Source of the DNA: the human T2T-CHM13v2.0 reference genome, Homo sapiens
DNA: 64,000 bases
Strand: one strand, 5' to 3'
NCBI RefSeq assembly: GCF_009914755.1
Contig: NC_060931.1
Part shown: positions 12,471-24,740 of the stretch, one piece after another
Layout: every line of letters starts with the position of its first letter
How positions within the stretch are numbered: the stretch's first letter is position 1
Made by a program: the position numbers and the translations under genes
The notes under the pieces: generated by a model
Databases searched by the model: none
Told to the model about the DNA's origin: nothing
What the model saw: only the letters and a program-made list of their open reading frames with translations

Positions 12471-13725
12471 CCCCATACCTGAAGATTTTGGGGTGAACTT
12501 TTTCCAGGTTAAGAATGACATTAGTGCCAACTGTGCTGTATTTTGGCTATCGTGATGACATTAGTATCATCAAATTGGTCGTGGCATTGGGACACTGGCA
12601 GCATGTCATCGTGCCCCAGTCAAGAATGACTGTAGGCAGTTTCAGTTTATCTGTTGCTACTAGAATTTTGATGTAGCAGTGTCAAAAGGTTGATTTGTAC
12701 TATGGCAATCTTATTCCTAGATGTGAATTCTCCAGGGGGCAAAATATCCTAAAAGCTAACATGTAAACAAGCTCAAAGGATTAATGTAGTAGGAAGAAAT
12801 AGTAGTTTGTTATATATTCATGTTGAATTTAGGTAACTATTTTAGTTATTTAAAAGATTACTACCGAAGGGAAGAAACATATTTTGCTAGGTTTCGCATA
12901 GAAAAACCTGTGTCTGGCTCAAGGTAATACTTGAATTTTAATAGGAACCTAGGTTTGCTGTCTTCCCAGTGTAGACTGTAGCCTGCACTGTCATAGAAGA
13001 GTGTTGATTGATCCGGTTGTGAAATAGATGGATACCCACATTTAAGTTGCTTTTGAAAGAGTCAGTTTCCCTCCACAAATATGGCAACAAAATTCTTTTA
13101 TAATCCACAAATAGAATTTTTCTCCATCTGTAAGAGATTTCTCCTAAACCAGCCTGAAAAATTGCTTTTCTAGGAAGAATTTCATGGCTGAGCCTCATTC
13201 TTGTACAGATTCATAGCATGTTATTACTAACTTGTAAATATTCACTTACAGAAGAGAGTGACTAGAATCTTTGAATTCTTTTATATTGATGTTGAGGTTT
13301 CTATCCAAGTTACGCAGTTTTTCATTCATTTTAGAGGAAGATTTTCTCAAACAAGGATTCTTCGTGGTTGCAAAACCTATCCCCAGAGATTCCAGTCAAC
13401 ATAATTCAAGTTGACCAGTGGATTCTAAGTGTGACAGTACGGTGTTTAGCAAGTCCAAGTGAAACCAGATGGAGGTCAGAGAATATGCCTGGCTTCGTCC
13501 ACATTATCTAGTTATCTGCCTCAACCCTCTAGTTTCAACCAGCTTCAAGTGAATGTTAAACCAGACTGCTGTAATCTACACATGCTTTCACACTTCAAAA
13601 GGTGTGTGTTAGTTGATATTTGGTTTAGTCATTTCGTCTCTTGAGAGGAGGGGTTGAAGTTTTTATTTCCAGTAGTATTTTATTTTATTTTATTGGATGA
13701 AGTTGTTTTTATTTCTTTTCTCCAG

Positions 13726-13730
13726 AAGAG
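13726..13730 (+). other. Candidate 5-nt microexon AAGAG (or donor of a longer upstream exon)
   Basis: TTTATTTCTTTTCTCCAG|AAGAG|GTAAGG. Confidence 0.35.
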
Positions 13731-13844
13731 GTAAGGAAGGTTCCTGGATTATTGTATTTGGTTGGTAAACTCTCCTCTTTTTCTCTTTCTGTGTCTGCAT
13801 CTCCTCCTTTTTCTCTTTCCCTATTTCTTCTTCCTCTTCCTTAG

Positions 13845-13873
13845 GTTTATATGAAATAGAAACAATTTTCTAG
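13845..13873 (+). other. Candidate exon start with an early stop codon
   Basis: Pyrimidine tract of about 75 nt (13768-13842) ending CCTTAG|G; stops follow within 30 nt in all frames. Confidence 0.35.
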
Positions 13874-14774
13874 CACAATGACTAAGTGAATTGCTACATT
13901 AAAGACTGGCTGGCCAAGAAATGGTTAATCTTTGTATGGCAGGCTTTAGGGACCAACATCAAATACAAACATGTTGGAAATCTTTTTGTCATTCCAGCTC
14001 AGTTGATTCAGAAAAATTTTAAGAGCAATAGTCAGTGCTTGGAGGAAAAAAGAATACTATTGTAAATTTGAGACGTTCTCATCTTGAACATGGCTCTTGT
14101 AAATCACAAGCTTGACAACCTTACAGAGTACATACAAGCCGTGGTTGACTTCAGAAATATGTGTTTTAGACACAGTTTTACATGAAAGTCATGATATTGT
14201 AAATATAATGATTTATTAATAAGTTTAACTTTTGTTAGGATACTTTGCGCATAACTACCGCAATGCATTAAGAAGGAAGTGTTAAGAATTTTCATCCCAC
14301 AGATCTGATGATTTAAAGTAGTGTTCCATTTGTGCAGTCAATAGAAGGAGGTGCAACAATGAAACAGAAACAAGGCAAAATCTATCCATATGGGCTCATC
14401 TTATGACCTGTTCTTGCTGGTAATTTTGGCGTATTTTGTGATGATTTTTTTTTCCTCTCTTTTTGAAGGCTCAGTAGCTGTACTACTCACTCTACCAGGC
14501 CAAAGAGTCAGCGTGATGGAGAGAAGATTAGGAAATCATGTTTTAAAATTCTTCTAATGCAGATGAATATGTCAACATGATTTTTCTTTCATCAGGAGCC
14601 TGTAAGAGAATTTCCACCTTGTTCGCCTTGGTTTTGGTATATGAGGTGGACTTTTTACTTAGGTGTCCTCCCTGTTGTTTTGAGGCTATGTGCCCTACGC
14701 CACTGTGGTTTACCCTGAGGAAGTTTGCGTAGCTCGCGTGCCAACCACTTCTCTTGGAGAAGACGGAGTGTCAT

Positions 14775-14960
14775 AACTACAGCTAACATTTATTAAGGAT
14801 CTTGCATGTTTTTCATTTTAATCCTCACAGCTCCTTAAGTATTATCTCCATTTTGTAGATGGGACATCTCTGGCTCAGGCTCAAAGATGTTAAGTAGCTC
14901 ACCTAAGGTCATTTTGCCAGCTAAGTAACCAAGCTGGGGTTTCAGCCCAAGCCAACTTTA
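14775..14960 (-). mobile_element. MIR
   Basis: gctaacatttatt...tttaatcctcacag...ccattttgtagatg...gttaagtagctcacctaaggtca. Confidence 0.75.
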
Positions 14961-15195
14961 CCGAGTGTGGATGGTTTTAACCAGTTCTCTCGATTTGCCT
15001 CCCTGTGAGGTGTGAGTTGTTGCCATCATTAACCCAGGCCTATCTGCTTTTGGGGTTCAGAGTTGGAACCATCTGCAGGGAGTGTAGATAGAATCATGGG
15101 GGGGGACAGAGCACACCCTAGTGGAGCCTGCCAAGACTCCTCATTGAGCCCAGAAAACTGAGATACAGGTTAGAATTGGCCATTTCATCGCAGTG

Positions 15196-15228
15196 TTTAT
15201 TTCATGTTTTCTCATCTCACAGGTGAGT
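15196..15228 (+). other. Juxtaposed 3'/5' splice site (recursive-splice-like) or strong donor
   Basis: TTTATTTCATGTTTTCTCATCTCACAG|GTGAGT, junction 15222/15223. Confidence 0.4.
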
Positions 15229-15605
15229 TTTCTAGAGGAAAGATGATGAAGTAAAATTTTACAACAATTTTTGAATACTTTTCCTAACTGTCAAATCTCC
15301 GTCTGGATCCCATTAATAAGATACAAAGTTATATCCCAAAAGTACCAAATTATGTAATTCTTTTTCTGATTAGTTCATTGCAACTTGTTCAGCTTCAAAT
15401 AAATTAAAGATTTCTTAGTTATTGTGATTCTTAATAATTTTGCAAAAGTCTCTGTATTTTTTTTTTGAAATAAATCTTTTTCTCATTATTTATGGAAGAT
15501 AGTGATTGGGAGAAAGCAAAATATTAGGCATTAAAACAGATTATACTGGAGAGATCTATTCCAGTGTGATCACCAAATCCACCTATTTTGATACTTGACT
15601 TATGA

Positions 15606-15955
<350 letters not shown>

Positions 15956-16986
15956 TGTGGGGGCTTTTAAAGAGGAAGTGAAGGGTAACTCATCTCTATC
16001 CTACTTTACATGCCCCACCTAAGTCCAACTCCCACTGCCTGTCTTCTAAGGGACATCTTGTGGCTTGTTCTCTGCTCTGCTCGTATTCAGTCTCTACGTC
16101 CCTCATGCTTTCTCATGGATTTACAATGATTACTTACTCTCAAACTTATATTTCCAGCCCTAACCTCTCCAGTGATCATTTGTTAACAAGATTGTGTTAA
16201 AGGAAGCAACAAAGGTTCTTCTATTGGATGTAGTTGAAAAAGCAGAACTGTTGCTCTGGCCTAAACATTAACTTTGGAGAGGTTTAAATTCTGTTTAGAA
16301 GTTATAAATGAGCTTAATATCATGTGATTTGCATGATAAGTTATTTTAAAGAGTTTAAATCCATGATTGTTCAAAATATGTTGTTTTATTTTCAATATAA
16401 TATGGTTCTTAATTGTAACATTAATGAACACTGAAGACATTTTTAAGATTCATTTATGTAAAGTGATTTGATGAAGTAAGCTGACATTTGATGGACTTAG
16501 TGGAAGTTTAGACCCAATTTGCATTTCAGTGGTATTTTATGGCTGACTTTAGAAAAGTTTTTAGATAGGATTTCTCGGTAAATTAAAGGATTTAGAGGGA
16601 TGATTACGAAATAATTGATTAAAAAGTGTGCAATATTGGTTTTCATTGAACTTAAGCTTGTATGGGTTCAATTTAAAACCTAATTCAATACATTTTAGAT
16701 TTTATATTTCCCTGAACCTCTTCTGCTGTATTAATTTTGTCATGCTTGTCATTCTAATCTAATGATGATTTAATGTTTGCAAACCTGAATAAATCTGTAT
16801 GCAAGGAGTTTTGCTGTGTTTTTAATCAATGAAGATTGAAATTTGGCAACTGAGGTGATAAAAAATGAAAAATTTTAAATAGAAAATGAAAATAATGATT
16901 ATACTTTAGAAAGTACTCTTATTAATGTTCTTGGCTATGAACCATGTAATATTTTTCTCTTATTTTTATCGTGTAATATTTTGAAG

Positions 16987-17300
16987 GTGACTGAACCTTA
17001 AAAGAAGTAATTGCCACTAAATCGTGAAGAATGTTTAAATTAGAACAGATTCTTTGTCCTCACTGTCTTCCCCTTTCCCTGAAATCTGTAGTCTAGAGTT
17101 GTGAATAAGAGCCAGAAGAATGTTAAACTGCCTTTTAAAAACTCGTCTACCCTCCCCAAGAACCTACATAGACAATAGAATGTTCTGTAATGAAAGTGTA
17201 TCTTTAACTCATTATTTATTTATTTTATTGAGCAAAAAATGTAGAACATAGAATGTCTAACGGATTAGTCACAATAAAAAAAATTTCCTGGGTTATATAT
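16987..17300 (+). other. Candidate terminal exon (1-4 codons plus short 3'UTR)
   Basis: T-rich tract ending TTTTGAAG|; immediate stops (GT GAC TGA or GTG ACT GAA CCT TAA); overlapping ATTTA cluster near 17211-17228; AATAAA at 17273. Confidence 0.4.
17273..17278 (+). terminator. Candidate polyadenylation signal AATAAA
   Basis: Canonical hexamer with T/G-rich sequence downstream; a second AATAAA lies at 17528-17533. Confidence 0.35.
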
Positions 17301-17471
17301 GTAAGGGGCAGCGGCTGCTCCTCTATCAGTCCAGGAGAGCCTGGTCTGATTTCACATTGCTTTTCTTTCCACATGATCTCATGACACTAAAAGACGATTA
17401 ATACATCCTTTAAAAATCAATACGGGACATTTTACTGTAGTCCTTCACCTTTATTGTTCAGTACCCTTCAG

Positions 17472-17521
17472 GGGTGAAAGGAGATATTCCAATGCAAAAA
17501 ATATGTCTGAAAACCTGAGTG
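17472..17521 (+). other. Candidate 50-nt cassette exon
   Basis: Tandem acceptors (CTGTAG 17440, GTTCAG 17461, CTTCAG 17471), donor GTG|GTAAGT, and intronic G-runs at 17586-17604. Confidence 0.35.
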
Positions 17522-17784
17522 GTAAGTAATAAAAGTTTTTTTTTCTCTTAAAAAGTCTTATAACATTGTTATTTCCCAGATTTGAGGGGTGGGCCTTGGG
17601 GTGGAATTAAAAAATCAGTGTAATCATTTGTAAGGACAAAATGCGAGTTTCTATAAAGAATGTTTTAGCATAATGTCACTAATGTTTTGCAGTGTGTAGA
17701 GAGCAAACTTTAAAAAAAGATGTGAAAATTTACAAACCAGTAATCCTCTATTTCATGTGCCAGCAGTCAAAATTACGTGTGATC

Positions 17785-18070
17785 GGCTGGGTGCAGTGGC
17801 TCACACTTGTAATCTCAGAGCTTTGGGAAGCTGAGGTGGGAAGATTGCTTGAGGTCAGGAGTTTGAGATCAGCCTGGGCAACAGCAAGACCCCTTCTCTA
17901 CAAAAAATAAAGTTAGCTGGATGTGATGGTGCGCGCCTGTAGTCCCACCTATTTCAGGGGGCAGGGCTAGGAGTTTCAGGTTGCAGTGAGCTGTGATCGT
18001 GCCACTGCACTCCAGCCTGGGTGACAGAGTCGGATCCTGTCTCTGCCAAAAAATTAATAATACTAAAAAA
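17785..18070 (+). mobile_element. AluJ with a right-arm internal deletion
   Basis: Alu sequence; degenerate TSD aaaattacgtgtgat/aaaattagatatgat. Confidence 0.9.
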
Positions 18071-18214
18071 ATTAGATATGATTAAGGATACCAAAAAATT
18101 ATTCAGATACCTTAGTGGAAGCTTTGGCTGAATAGAAGTTCCATCTTTTGTAGTACTGAAACCAAGTGAAGGGATTACGTAGTTGACATCTCTGAAAGAG
18201 AGAACGCAGTGGTA

Positions 18215-18400
18215 ATGAGAATACTCCCCCTACGTTTGTGTATGAGCCTTGGCAGTTTCTTTTACACTCTCTCATTTAATCCTCTAAGACCTGAGACATT
18301 GTTGGGGCAAGTGGAATTATTCTGCATTTTATAGATGAAGAAATGGACTTGGAATAATTAAGTTATTTACAGCTAACCCGCACCCCAGATCTCTTGACCT
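18215..18400 (-). mobile_element. MIR
   Basis: ctcatttaatcctc...cattttatagatgaagaaatgga. Confidence 0.65.
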
Positions 18401-19141
18401 AGCCCCCTGCATCCTGCCTTTGCCCCAGAGTGCTTTTAATGTTCTGCATTGCATGGTCTTTTTGTTCATTTTATTTTATGTATCATAGTTAATACTAAAC
18501 TGAACGTTTGCTGCTAAGACCTATATTATTTTATATTCCCAATGAATATGACTTCTGCATAAAAACATTTAACTAGGGTAATCATTTTATAGTATGTGCC
18601 TGTTGTCTCTGCTATATCTATCACCTTCATGTGAAGACAGAGAAAATAGAATATGCTGTGTATTCGAAATAATTTCTTCTTTACAATGATGTATTCTAGA
18701 TTCTAACATTTACATATGAGAGAAGCTTCATAAATGTTACGTTTTCTGTGGCCGCTATTTCTGTCTTATCTGTGCTGTCTACACAGTGAGGACAGCTGCA
18801 GAGACACTGCCAGTCTCATGAAGTGTCCATTGTGAAGGCCCATGTGTCAGTGCTGCTGATGGCATGCAGGAGTTGGTCAGTAGGATGGTTAAGAACATGG
18901 GCTCTGGAGTGGACGGTGTCTGGCTTCAATCTGGGGCTGTCACTTAGTTGGTGTGGGACCTCTCATCTCTATTGCCAACCCAAGTTTTTGATTCTTTCTT
19001 TCCTCAGTAAACTCTTAATCTTTCTGTCCTTGGAATCTTCTCCTTTCACTTCAAACAACTCATCTGTCTTTATCCTGAAAAGTTTATACTTTACTAAGTT
19101 CCATCATTGGCAGCAACCCTGTTTTCCCCTTTGTATTAATA

Positions 19142-19444
19142 TTTTTTTTTTTTTTTTTTTTGAGATGGAGTTTCACTCTTGTTGCCCAGGCTGGAGTGCA
19201 GTGGTGCGATCTTGGCTCACTGCAACCTCTGCCTCCTGGGTTGAAGTGATTCTCCTGCCTCAGCCTCCCGAGTAGTTGGGATTACTGTTGCCTGCTACCA
19301 CGCCCAGCTCACTTTTGTATTTTTAGTAGAGATGGGGTTTTACCACGTTGGCCAGGCTGGTCTCAAACTCCTGACCTCTCGTGATCAGCCTGCCTCAGCC
19401 TCCCAAAGTGCTGGGATTACAGGTGTGAATCACCATGCCCGGCC
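19142..19444 (-). mobile_element. AluS (Sq/Sp-like)
   Basis: Full antisense Alu; gagtttcactcttgttgccc. Confidence 0.95.
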
Positions 19445-20321
19445 CCCCTTTCTATTAATTATCCAACATCTCAAATGTGCAGTTCATCACATTTTTGGGG
19501 TGGTGGTTAGACACAATATAGTTAACCTATTTAGATAAATAAACTCTTTTATTTCCCCTGAGTGAACATTTCATCTAAAACGTGTGTCGCTTTCTTGCTT
19601 AAAAACCAATAAAGCTAATGTTTCTCAAGTCATCATATATGAGTAGCATGCAAGCTCCGGATGCAGCTGTTCCTCTAGAGACTACTGTTGCGCTCCTTAC
19701 AAGCCTCTAGAGCACTAGTGAAGAGTAATGTTAGATTGTTTCGGGTTTGGTCAACCTTTCCTAAGACTCAGTGGACAGCAATCAGTTAATGTGCCAAGAA
19801 GCATAAGCTAAATCCAGATTGCAACATACTACTCATTCTGAATCTGTAAGGGAATGCCTCTGTGAGTCACTGTTGTGGGAATGTCCTGGGATGGCATAGT
19901 TAATACTTTCTAATGGGATTTAAAAAGTCAGTACATTTCTCTTTTTGAATTTGTTTCTTAATGATCTGATGCACTTTTGGATAAGATACAGCTTGCTTTA
20001 TAGAACAGAAAAAACATTGTCATTTATACATGATTTAGCTTTATGATCATGATTTAAAGCCACCAGCTTTGTGGGAGGAAGATAGTGAGAACGGCCATGA
20101 CAGCTTTAACTACACCCTTGAAGACCTCCTTGCTTACTAGAGGGCACTGTGCTGTCCTCAGATGCCCTGAGGCAGGTCAGATTGGGATAATAATTACATT
20201 AACTCCCAAACTACCCTGTGCTGGACTTTCTTTTTAAGTTATAGCTCTATGGAGATATAATTGAAATATAGTAAATGGGAAATATTTAAGATATATAATT
20301 TGATATGCTTTGGCATATTCA

Positions 20322-21643
20322 CAGTAGTCCCCTCTCACCTGCATATTCATTTTTTTGTAGTTTCAGTCACCTGTGGTCCGAAAACATTAAATGGAAATCC
20401 GGAAGTAAATAATTCATCAGTTGTAAATTGTGCACCGTCCTGAGTAGTGTGATGGAATCTCGCACCATCCCTTGTGCCCTGTAAAATGAAGGTGTATTCC
20501 AGAGAACAAAGGAAGGATGGAGCTTTTATAGAGCATCTTTCTGCCCAGGTTTGCATTCAGGTATATTTTTTCAAATGAAGGAGTCCACCTTGCTTAGTTC
20601 AGGTTGCTCAGTGCAAGTGATTTCTGATTGGTTGGTGCAGGCTATACAGTCTGTTGGTTCAGGTGGCCTGAACAGGAATGGTAAGCTGCGAAGGTTCGGA
20701 GTTAAACAGATGTGTAGGTTTTCTGGAAACTTGGGGTACATGTGTGACCATTAGACTCAGTTAGCCCCTCAGGATTCATCTTGAGGGATTTGCTCTTTGA
20801 GGTTCACAGTGATCAGATCAACTGTTGCAGTATCTCAGTGCTTGTGTTCAAGTAACCCTTATTTTAATTAATAATGACCACAAAGTATAGGAGTAGTGTT
20901 GTTGGCAATTAGGATGTGCCAGAGAGAAGATAGAAAGTGCTTCCTTTAAATGAAAAGGTGAACGTTCTTGACTTAAGAAGGAAAGAGAAAAATATGCTGA
21001 GGTTGCTAAGATTAAGAACAAATCTATCCATGAAATTGTGAAACAGGACAAGTAAATTTATGCTGGTCTTGCTGTTGCACCTCAAACTGCAAAAGTTATG
21101 GCCACAATGTGTATTAAGTGCTTAGTTAAGGTGGAAAGGTAAATTTGTGAGTGGAAGATATGAACCAAAAAGATGTTCCAATTGACAGCAATGTGTTGTG
21201 CCAGAATCATTCAGCCTATATGACGACTTGAGCAAGGGATCCCTTGAAATGAGTTACACCAAGTGAGGGATAGTTACACAGATTCAAGAATACAGATAAT
21301 CAGTAGTAGCCTAATGCTGCGTCACAATGCATACGTCTTTCACCCTACTTCATCTCATTACATAGGCATTGTACCATGTCACATCATTACAAGAAGAAAG
21401 GTGAGTATAGTACAGTGAAATATTTTGAGACAGCCCATGTTCACATAACTATTATTACAGTATGTTATAATTCTATTTTATTACTAGTTATTGTTAATAT
21501 TTTATTTTATGATTTATAAATTAAACTGTATCATAGGTAAATATGAATAGGAAAAAACAGTATATATAGGGTTCAGTACTATCTGGTTTCAGGCATTGAC
21601 TGGGGCCTTTGAATGTATCTCTTGCAGATAAGGAGGACTCTTG
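20322..21643 (+). mobile_element. MER44/Tigger7-family DNA transposon
   Basis: TIRs cagtagtcccctctcacctgc and gcagataaggaggactcttg followed by TA; decayed transposase N-terminus from ATG 20874 with premature stops. Confidence 0.88.
20480..20808 (-). mobile_element. Truncated ERV1-class LTR inside MER44
   Basis: On the - strand it begins TGTGAACCTCAAA and has a CCAAT box and TATAAAA; it interrupts otherwise continuous MER44 sequence; no TSD. Confidence 0.65.
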
Positions 21644-22569
21644 TACATCATGACATGTGTGGATCCAAAATCTCAAAAAAACAAAAAACAAACAAAAAAA
21701 AACCAAAATCTCTTTTTGTGTGTGTACATGAATTGTTCCAGCACCATTTGTTGAAAAGGCTTCCCTTCCTTCACTGAATTGCCTATTCACTTTCTTGGAA
21801 ATCACTTGTCCATGTATGTGTGGATCTATTTTTGGACTCTGTTTTGTTCCGTTGATACATTTGTGTCTCTTTGCAACCACTCTATTTTGATTGCTGTCAC
21901 TTCATCATAATTCCTGAAGTCAGGTATCATTAGCCTCCCAACTTTGTTTTCCTTTTTAGAAACAGCTTGTTAGTTTCTACCAAAAGATATCCTGAGATTT
22001 TGACTGGGATTGCATTGGATCTTGTAAATCAATTTGGGTAGAATAGACATCTTAACAACATCGAGTCATTTCTGAGTCTCTCACATGTAAAACCATTATC
22101 TGCGTTTAAAATGTAAACCACTCAGTGTCACCGATCATAAACCAAAAGTGATACTTAGGGTACCTTGAAATTACATTAAGCAGAACACTGGGAATTGGTC
22201 TTTTTGCTTGATTTGCCTGAGTGATTCTCCACAAAATCCCCACTTAATATGATAGGTATGAATACGGGATGCCTTATCCAGAGCAGCTCTCCACAAGCAT
22301 CCTCACGCCACAGATGCCAGTTGACCGTTACGTGTACTCACCTAGCCTGCTGGTACCTGCCAGATGGTGGGCATTTTGGGTGAGATTATGATAGATTTAA
22401 GCCAGAGGTTCAGGAATATCCACATTCTCCAAAAAAGAAGATTAAGCCATTATTATTGGGAGCAGCCTAATTCTAGTTATGAAGGAAAGAGATCAGGGTG
22501 CCATATGTACTTAGATAGCCATGTCTTTTATAGCACATAGCCTTTCATGTTAAAGCTCCGCATTTTTCT

Positions 22570-22780
22570 AAAGGAGTATTGATTATAGTAAGGAAGCCAA
22601 GGTTCAACTCGTGTATGTGTCAGGTAGCTGGATCATTCATTACCACCATAGGTGACACCCATGTTGATCAGTTACATAAAGACCACAAATGGAATGGTAA
22701 CTGGGTCATTGCAAATTAACCCTTTCTGAAAGACAGTTCAGGACATATTTATCCTTGAGAGTGAGCCTACACTATCCTCC
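22570..22780 (+). mobile_element. Possible MamSINE1 remnant
   Basis: B-box-like gccaaggttcaactc and patchy similarity to the remembered consensus 3' part. Confidence 0.35.
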
Positions 22781-22829
22781 TAAGACCTCTCTTTTAAGTG
22801 GAGAATATACATTTTGGAAACAAGGTTGT

Positions 22830-23010
22830 ATTGTGGTTGAGGGCATGAAGTCAACCTGCCTGAGTTCAAATCACCACTCTGCCCTTTTCTAACTTTTCAA
22901 ATTTAGGGATTCACTTAGTTTCTCTAAGCCTATTTTCTTTGAGAATATGGAAAATTATTATAGTAACATGGGGAAATTAAAAGTGAGTAATTGTACAAGT
23001 TTAGTGCACT
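22830..23010 (+). mobile_element. MIR
   Basis: gtggttgagggcatg...ctgcctgagttcaaatc...cacttagtttctctaagcct. Confidence 0.7.
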
Positions 23011-24539
23011 TGATATGTTTTGTTTTTAGCATATTTTCTCCATTTTTCCTTTTTCCTTTTGTGTGTTCTTGTTGCCAGTGACTACCTGTGAAATGTAAAC
23101 TGTTGAGTGAACTGCTTTTGCTTTACTTTCTGTGAATTACTTGTTCTACTCACTGTGTTCTGTCTCTTCCATTCCCTCCGAACACTTTTGATCTTTTCGT
23201 TTTGCCCCAGTCTTCTTTCATTTAAAAACTAATTTCTCCCAAGAAGCCTGCTCTATAAAGGATGTGTAGATTAGATGAGGTGTGGGAAGCATGTTTACTT
23301 ATAAAGCAACACAATACCCTATCCATATCCAGCCTGTAAAAATAAAAATCCAAGTGCTTTTTTTTTTTTTCCCTCCCAAGTAAAGAGAAAAGTTTCAGGG
23401 TTATATCCTTAACATGTAATTAAGAGAGTTCAAGATATTTTATGTTCTATATAGCAATGCAGAAAATATTTAATAAGCATTAACAAAAAAACTTAACCTT
23501 GTGGTAGATAGCATTGTACTAATTAACAGTTTATTTTATTTAGCTACAAGAACTATGTCAGCATGAGAGCTAACACTACTTATGTCTGACAATTTTAGAA
23601 TAGGAATAAGGTAAAAATACTCAACAGAGATAATGGTAGCTTGCAAACCGTTTATGTCAAATATATTAAAATTTGGAATAGTTGAAGGCTAGAATCCAAA
23701 TTCAAGAGTAATTAACCAAAATAGTTGACAGATGTCAGCCATGCTAATAAAATTTGTATACCCTGAATATTTTCCAGCTTGTAATTAACTGCACAGATGA
23801 TGTGATCTGATTTTGTCACTAACTGCTTATTAATGAAGGAGATGATGACTAGTTACAAAATCCATAGTGCTAGCTGAATTCCAAGTTTAAATGTTTCTCA
23901 TACAGCCGGCATTAATTGGAGCCACACTAGCCTCCATGCTGGTTTGATTTGTGCTTACTTTCTTCATTTGTAATTGCGAAGGGGAAACTGAATTTGTTAA
24001 ATTCAGCTCTGAGTGACCTTGAAGATAGTAAATCTGTTTTTATTTGGTGGTCAGCAGCGTAATGGCTTTTATTTTTAGATTCTTTCTTATAAATGTATTG
24101 TCATCAGGCTAGTGATATCACCATTGGAAGTTGTATAATAAAGTGCAAACTGATTATTTCAAGTTCAGCTAAACCAAAGCAGAACATGATGTCAATATGA
24201 CTGAAGATGTGAACACAGAGTGCTATTAACAAATGGTTTAATAACAAAAGAGCATTATTTATTTCTATCATATACATAGCACGGAAGCCTGAGAAGAAGC
24301 AAAAGGATTCAAGAGAGGCGGTTGTGCAGCCTTCCTGCCTGCGCCAGCTCTCTCCCAGACTCCTATACTGCTCTTCCTTCTTTACCTTACGTTGCTGTTT
24401 CCCTTTTTACTTCTTTCCCTGGAAAGGGCGGGTTTAATTCTGTCCTTATTTATAAGACAGAGATGTTTGCTACCTCCTGAGCCCAAGTCTGCCAGCTGTT
24501 GGCCTTCTTCTTTGGGTGGTCTCCCTGGCAGTGTGGTCT

Positions 24540-24740
24540 TACAGTATTTATGTCTGCCTGCTAGCTGGTTTTGCCTGTTGGACATCTCCACTTGGATGTC
24601 TACCAGACATCCCCAACTTCCATGTTCTTAGTGTCACTTTAATTTTCCTTTCCCCAAATTATTTTCTCTACCGTAGTCTCTTCTTTCTTATTTTTGTATT
24701 TCTGTGTTTAGGAGTGCTTAATGAATATTTATTGAGTCAA
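24540..24740 (+). mobile_element. L2 fragments
   Basis: ggacatctccacttggatgtc and a 3'-end-like gtgcttaatgaatatttattgag. Confidence 0.6.

Larger units (their letters stand above)
20228..22070 (-). mobile_element. Old L1M fragment split by MER44
   Basis: Antisense L1 3' end at 20228-20321; antisense ORF2 3' region at 21715-22070 (ccagcaccatttgttgaaaag; ORF track INGTKQSPKIDPHIHGQ). Confidence 0.75.

Noticed and set aside
16762-16787. C/D box snoRNA (ATGATGA...CTGA); also GTGATGA at 12552
   Set aside because: Boxes are too close together or lack a partner D box and terminal stem.
20874-21300. Domesticated Tigger transposase gene
   Set aside because: Premature stops, frameshifts and an internal deletion; no intact ORF.
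21521-21880. 119-aa minus-strand ORF
   Set aside because: Chimera of decayed L1 ORF2 and MER44 end sequence.
22356-22375. CTCF-like CTGCCAGATGGTGG
   Set aside because: Mismatches at two conserved core positions.
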